A stretch of 63,827 nucleotides of DNA, counting the filler, from Stramenopiles sp. TOSAG23-6 (lineage: Eukaryota): NCBI GenBank assembly GCA_900128565.1. It is 3 parts of 3 records of this genome, joined end to end, with 100 filler letters (N's around TTAATTAATTAA, not from the genome) between each part and the next. Parts side by side here need not be neighbours in the genome. Positions count along the whole stretch, not along the records: positions 44,483 to 63,827 come from LT636050.1; 2 more parts are not named here. One strand, given 5' to 3'. Of the stretch, positions 56,807-63,827 are shown in pieces. Within the stretch, counting starts at the first letter, position 1; each line of letters starts with the position of its first letter. The position numbers and the translations under genes were made by a program. The notes beneath the pieces are model-generated. The model worked only from the letters and a program-made list of their open reading frames with translations, was not told the DNA's origin and made no database searches.

Positions 56807-59455
56807 ATGCCTCGTATAACCGTAATCAAAACCGATGGTGTGATTGGTGATCCACTACAATCAATGGTTACATTATCTGAGCCTAGTATTCATAACTACA
56901 AACTAGCTGATAAAAACGCGGAGTCAGTCGAATTTCAGCAAATGGAAAATATGGTTCGCGGAAAGTATCTTGGTAGTCCTGTTTCGAAGAAAGCTTGGGG
57001 CGTATCACCACCAACGCATGCAGCTAGAGTTCGAAGTGCTTGGTCTAACCCAAAACCTCATAATAATCCGCAAAGTCCAAGGTCAAGGACTTTAAAAGTA
57101 GATAATTCTATTGATACTTTGGATTATAAGCACCCTTCTGTTTCAGCGCAACAAAGTCCGAGATTTCGTAAGAACAAAAATACAAACACCGACTTACTTC
57201 AAAATGAAAATGATATATCAGACCAACAAAATAAAAAACGAATGCGTAAGCCAATCACACGCAACGCGTGGGAGAATAAAACTTTTGAGCTTTCAACTAA
57301 ACAAACAATTTCAGAAAAAGTCAATGCTCTACAAGATATGTTGAAATCTCTTCAAAATGAACAAGAAGAAAATGAGCGACGCCAGCGAGAAACACTTATT
57401 CACTCTAGCGTTGAAGAAAAAGAATCTTTTGGAAATAGTGATCTATTAGAATCCAAGAATGAAATCTCTGATGAGGATATTAACCTTGACGCCTCTGAAG
57501 CGATAACAAATCCTCTGACTCAAATGAGTATAGGAGATAGAGAAAAAGATGCTGTATTTCAAGTATTACAAGCCACACTAAAACGTCACAGTCGTATCGT
57601 TGATATGATAATAGATGATTTAGAGTCTGCACTATCTGTATTAGATCCAGAAAAATCAGGTTATATTCCTGCTGAAATATTCAAAGAGCAACTTTTTGAT
57701 GTAGGTGTAGGTCTAGAAAAATCACAGTGCAATGATATATCTATACTTTTATCAGTAAAAGAGTCTTCGATAAATAAGATAAATGAAATATTACCTGAAA
57801 ATGATGTAATGTATGTGCATTACGAACCATTTATTAAATGTTTGCGTGATGAATATATTCGAATTGACCGGGAGAAACGTGCACGAAAAAAAACACAACT
57901 CATCAACAAAAATATGGCCGATATTAAAGACGACACAGAGTCTTCCACTTGGGCCTCGAAGATGCGTACCTGTTGGACGGATGATGAAAGTAAGAGATGC
58001 GATTTGTTCAAAGATGAGCAGAGGAAAATGAAGAAAAGAAATAGAAGTCATCGAATTACAATCCCGAAACCTTTCAGTTTTTGTCAACGAGACGATAAAG
58101 CCGAGGAAAGATGGATGGCACGAAAAGAAGAAATTTTTCAAGAAAGAGAAGAAAAACTACATAACGAAATTAGTGCAAATGGTGGGGTATTTCACGCAAG
58201 GTCTATTCCAAGAACAACAACAGATGCGTTGTATGAGAGAATCAAAGAAGATCAAGATAATNTGAGAAAAGAAAATATTCGAGCTAGAATTCAGTATCAT
58301 CAGAATCAAATCTCTGGATTTCCTGGAATGATTCTTCGTGATGAGACCATTGCTCAACGTAAAGCAAAACGGGAAAAAAAACGAAACGAACAAAAGCGTA
58401 AAGATAATACAAAAACAAAACAAATAGTAGCAAGACCTGCTCCTCAACGACCTGAACTATCCTTCGAAGAATTACAAGAGCAGAAAGAAGAAAGCAGAAG
58501 ACTTCGAATAGAACGCAGAGCACAAATTATGTTACATACATCTAAACTTCCACCGCGTATGCAATTACATGCGGATAAGATGAAATTAAAAATGGAAGAA
58601 GAAGAGTTAGATATTAAATCTAAACTAGACTCACATATACCAAAAACACGGAATATACCAAATTTTAGTCAACTTCATTCGCAGTGGGATGCAAAGAGGG
58701 CATCTCGTCGAAAGAATCACAAAGTAACAAAACCTAAACCTTTTTCATTTGAAAATGAAAAATCACGACGAAAGATTGAAGAGAAAAAGCGAAAGACACG
58801 AAGACATGAGCGTCTTAAAAGACAGGCGGAAAATACAACAAATACAAATAAAAGAGATTCATCAAAACCAAATCAAAACTCTGTAGATTCAGAGAGTTCA
58901 ATATCGTCTCCATTTTCATCTCATGTGCAAAATGTTCATCCAAATGTTTCAATGACAAGATCAATGGAATTACGAATGAACAAAACACATGAGCTTCTTC
59001 GAAAGCGCCAGAATGATATTGAAAGAGAAAAGAGAGACCAACAAGTAAGGAAGAAACGCGAAGAAGAGGCGAGGAAACGTATTACACCTATCATTAATGC
59101 GATGGAGTATAGAAGAACTCATCGAAGAGGTCACGTTACTCTTGAAATTGCAGAAAAAAAAGCAAGAGCAAAAGCTTTAAACTTTAAAGCAACAGCAAAG
59201 AAACAAATGGAAGATTTGAAAAAGCGCTTGGAAGAGAAGATTGCCCAGAGACCATTACTATTCGAGCGGGAAATGATTTCTGCACAAAAGCAAAAGGCTC
59301 GGATGGGAGCATTATCGTCAGCAGCAAATGCTATATATGGTAGAGATGTCGGTACTGCTGGTATTGATAGATCTTCGTCTTCTGATAAATTTGGAATTTT
59401 TGAAGAGGAAGAAAGAGAAATTCTAGGTGACCAAAGTGATAGCGATGAAGAGTAA
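56807..59455 (+). CDS. FAM161-like (UPF0564) centriole/cilium protein
   Basis: ITIPKPFSF, FHARSIP, RA..ML..S.LPPRM, P.F..LH, TKPKPFSF, RPLLFER. Confidence 0.7.
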   Translation: MPRITVIKTDGVIGDPLQSMVTLSEPSIHNYKLADKNAESVEFQQMENMVRGKYLGSPVSKKAWGVSPPTHAARVRSAWSNPKPHNNPQSPRSRTLKVDNSIDTLDYKHPSVSAQQSPRFRKNKNTNTDLLQNENDISDQQNKKRMRKPITRNAWENKTFELSTKQTISEKVNALQDMLKSLQNEQEENERRQRETLIHSSVEEKESFGNSDLLESKNEISDEDINLDASEAITNPLTQMSIGDREKDAVFQVLQATLKRHSRIVDMIIDDLESALSVLDPEKSGYIPAEIFKEQLFDVGVGLEKSQCNDISILLSVKESSINKINEILPENDVMYVHYEPFIKCLRDEYIRIDREKRARKKTQLINKNMADIKDDTESSTWASKMRTCWTDDESKRCDLFKDEQRKMKKRNRSHRITIPKPFSFCQRDDKAEERWMARKEEIFQEREEKLHNEISANGGVFHARSIPRTTTDALYERIKEDQDNXRKENIRARIQYHQNQISGFPGMILRDETIAQRKAKREKKRNEQKRKDNTKTKQIVARPAPQRPELSFEELQEQKEESRRLRIERRAQIMLHTSKLPPRMQLHADKMKLKMEEEELDIKSKLDSHIPKTRNIPNFSQLHSQWDAKRASRRKNHKVTKPKPFSFENEKSRRKIEEKKRKTRRHERLKRQAENTTNTNKRDSSKPNQNSVDSESSISSPFSSHVQNVHPNVSMTRSMELRMNKTHELLRKRQNDIEREKRDQQVRKKREEEARKRITPIINAMEYRRTHRRGHVTLEIAEKKARAKALNFKATAKKQMEDLKKRLEEKIAQRPLLFEREMISAQKQKARMGALSSAANAIYGRDVGTAGIDRSSSSDKFGIFEEEEREILGDQSDSDEE

Positions 59456-59564
59456 ATGATGATATGGGAGTTTTATTGTAAAATGTTCCAAATATAAAAC
59501 ATATTAATTACTAAAATATATTATAACATATATTTTAGTTTGTAATTCGTCTATTTTTGAATAT

Positions 59565-61922
59565 CTAATTTGTACTATTTACAGATTGATTCGATTTAAT
59601 ATGACTGCGTAAGCTGAACGTTTCCATTTTTCCAGTTACATGTTTCACCTGCATAGAGGAAAAACATTTCAATAACTCAGGAACATATGTTCTGTGTGTC
59701 AATTTTGAAGATACATTTTTACACTGTGGTACAGCAACAAAAAGTGTTGAAACCGACGTCAACCGATTTCTCAAAGTCTCAAATGCAGAACTTTGAGGTA
59801 AAATCATTAAAAGGCCGTACATAGATTTCATTAAATAAACATGTTGCATGCCACTACCATTGAGTAATTGTAGACGTAACTGTAAGAAAATAGGCGACTC
59901 TAAAAGTTGTACTAATTTGTCAATTTGCATTAAAAATCCAAGAGTAACATCCACTTGAGCAAATTCATTGATTAACTCAGAGGCTAAATGGTAATTTTGT
60001 GACAGCAAGCATAAACTAAATAAAGAAACAGGATTGTGACAAAACGACATATATAAGGTACGAAATATGGGGTATCCATCACCTTTCTCCCCTTTCTCAC
60101 AACTATGGCGTAATCGTTGACGAAGTTCAACTAATTCATCTGATGTGAGAAGAATTAAACTAAGACTTTGAATAATAATTCGTGCAAATGGGAGGTCATT
60201 TTCGTGTAAAAGAATCTTAGCTATTGTTGTATATATTTTCTCACTGTTCAGATGTAGACATAAATTTCTTATAATAAGCGATCCACGCTGTTCTAATAAA
60301 TTTCTATTTGTACGAAATAAACGAATTAAATCGGTTAAAACACGTTCAAAATGATCATCGCTCGATGCAATACGAGAAAGCATGCATTGTGAAAAATATA
60401 TTTTTTTTACTGTAAAACAATTCGTTAGGTACAAAATGTTTTACCAAAAAGAAAAAAAAAATGAAAGTAATGATGAGGGTTAGGGTACACTTCAAGATCT
60501 AACAAAACAACTTCATCTGAAGCATCCATCAAAATTTCATCTGTAAATATTGGAAACAATTCATCAATCATAATAAGAACTTGAGCTGAGTCTTTTTCAA
60601 GTAACATAGACACCCAAACATTGTGAAAAAATACATCAAATTTGAAAGACGTTAATAAACATTTCATTGGATATAAAACAATTTGATATACAAATAAAAA
60701 AAAATCAAATTCAAATGTGAAGTACAACTTAATGAAGCCATTCTTGTCATTTCAACAGGACTACTAAGAAAAGACTTGAGATGAAGCAATAATGGTTTAA
60801 AATTTAATACAGTTTCACTTTCCTTTACCAAGAGTAACAAATCTTCATTAGTTTGTTCAGCATTTTCACGAATTTCACGTTCTTCATCTGCCAGAAGTTG
60901 AGCAACTGCGTTCAATAATGTCGCGTACAACTTTTTTAGTCTTTCACCACCCAAGTGAATAATATCACGAATCCATTGTATTGCAGTCAAGTATTGTGAA
61001 AAAATATTTCAAAAAAAATCATTAAGTACAAAATTTCGTACGAAAAAATAAATAAATTCGAAATTAAAATGAAAACGTACAATCTGTTAAATCTCGCACG
61101 ACTAGAATTACATTGTTCCACAAGTATTTCAACTATTGGTGAAAGCTCAAGTGTTGATACATCACTTTGTTTGATTTCTTGAAGAAATTCACAAAGGGCT
61201 TGGTCTGCTTGTTGTCGAATTTCTCGAATATCATCACTAAGCATATTAAATAATCCTTCCAAGAAATTTGGTAAAAAATCCAACATATTTATAAATGGTA
61301 CAGAATCCAGTAGAACGACCCATCCAACTAAAAGTTGCCGGATATAAGGATTACGAGTTTTAAGCTTTCTTTGTAAAAGAGGAATAAAATGTTCAACTGC
61401 AAATGTGTCTGATTCTGTGACAATTTCTTTTATGAAACGATCAAGTAACTGTGCGCCATTCTTTACGTCGACATCAACATCAGAATATAACTCACAAAGA
61501 CCAGCAAATATTTCATTGAAATGACCAAGAATTCGTTGGCGAGCGACTTTGGCGATATTAAACAAAGCCTCACATGCGTAGTAACGAACTCGTGTTTCGG
61601 GGTCCTGAAAACAGTGAATTACTGGATTTAGTAATAAAGGTAAATACATATATATATCTTTCATTAAACCAATTGCAACCGCAGCTAACCCTATAAGCCC
61701 CCCCTTACGATGATTTGCACTAGCAGAACGCGTAAATTGATCACTTAATAGCTTTATTACACCTTCAATCTCTTTGGTCTTACATTCATTTGTTAGACTT
61801 TTTATTGTCGTCTCTACCGTTAAAGCCGCAGATTTGCGACGGTCATAAGAACGATCACCCAACATTCGCTGAACCTGCTCCGGAATAAGATCATATGATC
61901 TAGAATTCGCTGCGTCGACCAT
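59565..61922 (-). CDS. VAC14: VAC14 scaffold of the PIKfyve complex with three repeat-family introns
   Basis: L.DR.YD.RK.AAL, RKGGLIGLAA, RVRYYACEAL.NI.KVAR, V.NGA.LLDR, LLE.RGSLIIR.LC, QIDKLVQLLESPIF..LRLQLL. Confidence 0.97.
60382..60488 (-). mobile_element. Repeat-family intron GT...AT
   Basis: GAA GT|GTACC..CACAATGCAT|G CTT; restores DLEVLSRI. Confidence 0.88.
60616..60725 (-). mobile_element. Diverged repeat-family intron GT...TT
   Basis: AGT T|GTACT..CACAATGTTT|GG; restores RMASLSWV. Confidence 0.82.
60989..61080 (-). mobile_element. Repeat-family intron GT...TT
   Basis: AGA TT|GTACG..CACAATACTT|G ACT; restores NRLTAIQWI. Confidence 0.88.
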
Positions 61923-62244
61923 GGAATTAGTATTAACACTAGCGAATGAACTATGAAACAAGTAACTAACTACTTACAACGTATGCAACAGTTAGTACAC
62001 TATTATTTTAACTTCAATGATAAATAGGGTCTCTTGGGAGATTAGATCATAGTGGCCAAGCTCGACCGTATTGATTGACTACTTCTTCTACAGTCTTCTT
62101 GACAGTCTTCTTGACCATTCGCTCCAATAAATGAGGGTTAGGGTTTTAGATGGATGAATTTGAAAATTTCAAAATTCAATTTCCAAGGTTAGAATAAATA
62201 GCTTGAGCACGTAGGAGTTGATTTTGAAAAAATTATCAATAAAA

Positions 62245-63761
62245 ATGTTCCAAAGTAGTTTCACTTTTGGACCCGAACCTATTAACACATCAAAAGCAAA
62301 GCCAAATGTGCATGCTGATTACTACCTTGACAAAAAGTTGGGTTCTGGTACATATGGTTCAGTGTACCTCGCAAAGCGTAAAAAAGATGGATTACTGTTT
62401 GCTTGCAAAGAACTTCCAATAGGAAGGGTAAACAGTCTTGCAAGTCTCAATCATGAAATCAGTATAATGAAATTGTTGGACCATGAAAATATATGCTCCC
62501 TTATAGATCACTACCAATCTCGGTTATATGTTCATATTATTTTAGAATTGTGCAGTGGTGGTGAAATTTTCCAGAAGGTTGTTGAACAAGGAAGTCTTTC
62601 TGAATTTCACGCAATGTTTGTAGCACAACAGACTCTCCAAGCGCTTGAGCATTGTCACTCTAAAAATGTTGTTCATCGTGATTTAAAGCCTCAAAATCTT
62701 CTTTTATACGAAAAGGCAGAAAACATTGAAAATGCGACAATAAAAATTGTAGATTTTGGTGTTTCTAAATGTCTTCGAGATCGAACACTTTTACGAGAGG
62801 TAATTGGAACTGTGAGTTACATGGCTCCAGAAATATTCAGTAAAAGAGGTTATGGCCCAGCTGTAGATTTATGGAGTATGGGAGTTATATTATATCAGAT
62901 GCTTACTGGGGAAAAACCTTTTAGTAACAAAAGAGATATCATGGTAAATGTACGTTTTTATCATGAATTTCGAATTTAGTTTTTTTTCATACAAAATTTT
63001 GTACCTAACGAAATTTTTTTATGAAAAAAATTTACAATACATACCGTGGATTTCGATAAGCCTATTTTTAGAGTTCTATCACCCGACTGTCGTAATTTTC
63101 TCATGTGTCTTTTACAGAAAGATCCATCAAAAAGGCCTTCTGCCAGTGGTGCACTGCACCACCGTTGGTTTCAAATTCATTCAAATGAATTACCAATTCT
63201 TCCAAATTCGATCCTGGAAAGTTTGAAAGCTTATACAGCTCAGACTAGTTTTCAAAAACATTTAGTCCAAGTATTATCTGAAAAATTGTGTCTACGAATA
63301 CTTTATATTTTTTACAAAAGAATTATACAATATTCATTTTTTTTTTTAACCCTTTTTTTTAATCATTTGTATTATAATTGATACATTAAACACATTCTAT
63401 GGTAGTGATAAAATACATAATCAATTTAAACAAATGGATACTAATGGCGATGGTTTTATTGATATGCACGTACGTTTTTATCTTTCATTTTAAAAAAATC
63501 TTTTTTTTTTCATACGAAATTTCGTACCTAACAATGAATTTCAAATTTGACATATTTTCTACTCTACACGAATTACAAAACGCTTTATTGAACTCTAAAA
63601 ATGAAGAAACTGCAAATGAAGTATCTGTTCTCTTAGCAAGTGCTGACTTCAATTTAGATCACCGAATTTCTTATCGAGAATTAATGATGTCAGTCATGTC
63701 ACGTGCTTTATATTTACATTCTGATCGTCTAAGTGTACTGAGTGATAAAATCATGATAGAT
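62245..63761 (+). CDS. Calcium-dependent protein kinase (kinase plus EF-hands), 3'-truncated by window end
   Basis: LGSGTYG, ACK, ELCSGGE, HRDLKPQN, DFG, YMAPE; EF-hands DTNGDGFIDMHE and DFNLDHRISYRE. Confidence 0.9.
62950..63042 (+). mobile_element. Repeat-family intron GT...AT
   Basis: AAT|GTACG..ACAATACAT|ACC GTG GAT. Confidence 0.85.
63290..63386 (+). mobile_element. Highly diverged intron, probably the same family; boundaries approximate
   Basis: T-rich ~97-nt interruption ending GATACAT; needed to join the kinase tail to the EF-hands. Confidence 0.45.
63470..63569 (+). mobile_element. Repeat-family intron GT...AC
   Basis: CAC|GTACG..ACTCTACAC|GAA; restores a 12-residue EF-hand loop; AC duplicated. 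Confidence 0.88.
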
Positions 63762-63827
63762 GCAGGTTTAATTTTTTTTTCAATTTCGAATTTATTTTTC
63801 GTACGAAAATTTGTACCTAACGATTTT
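63762..63827 (+). mobile_element. Repeat-family intron truncated by window end; possible GC donor
   Basis: GAT|GCAGGTTTAATTTTTTTTTCAATTTCG..TTCGTACGAAAATTTGTACCTAAC aligns to the consensus. Confidence 0.65.

Overview
AT-rich, gene-dense nuclear DNA of a unicellular eukaryote, probably a SAR/stramenopile-type protist (inference only). It is built from three contigs joined by N-TTAATTAATTAA-N linkers. About 33 protein-coding genes are supportable, including SYS1, a METTL21-type methyltransferase, a NUDT8-like Nudix, an SLC38-type transporter, a SNF5/PHD/bromodomain protein, an LRR membrane protein, RNASEK-like, Rab11-like, Rieske, Asp/Asn hydroxylase, DEAD-box helicase, tubby, PRIM2, PPP1R21-like, a FYVE-CaaX protein, TMEM19, urocanase, Rab2, FAM161-like, VAC14 and a CDPK. 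The dominant unexplained signal is one repeated family of ~90-115 nt insertions. There are about 35 copies inside coding regions, all in the host gene's sense orientation. Rough consensus: RTAYGTTTT..TTTCAAATTCG..TTTTCGTACGAAATTTTGTACCTAAC..TTTGAAATATTTTTCMCAATAC-NN. They must be spliced out to restore conserved protein motifs, yet they do not end in AG. They end in AT, TT, GT or AC, usually copying the two exon bases before the donor (a 2-nt target-site duplication). They look like introner/MITE-derived non-canonical introns that outnumber the 4 ordinary GT-AG introns found here. Splicing is inferred from reading frames only; no transcript data were available.
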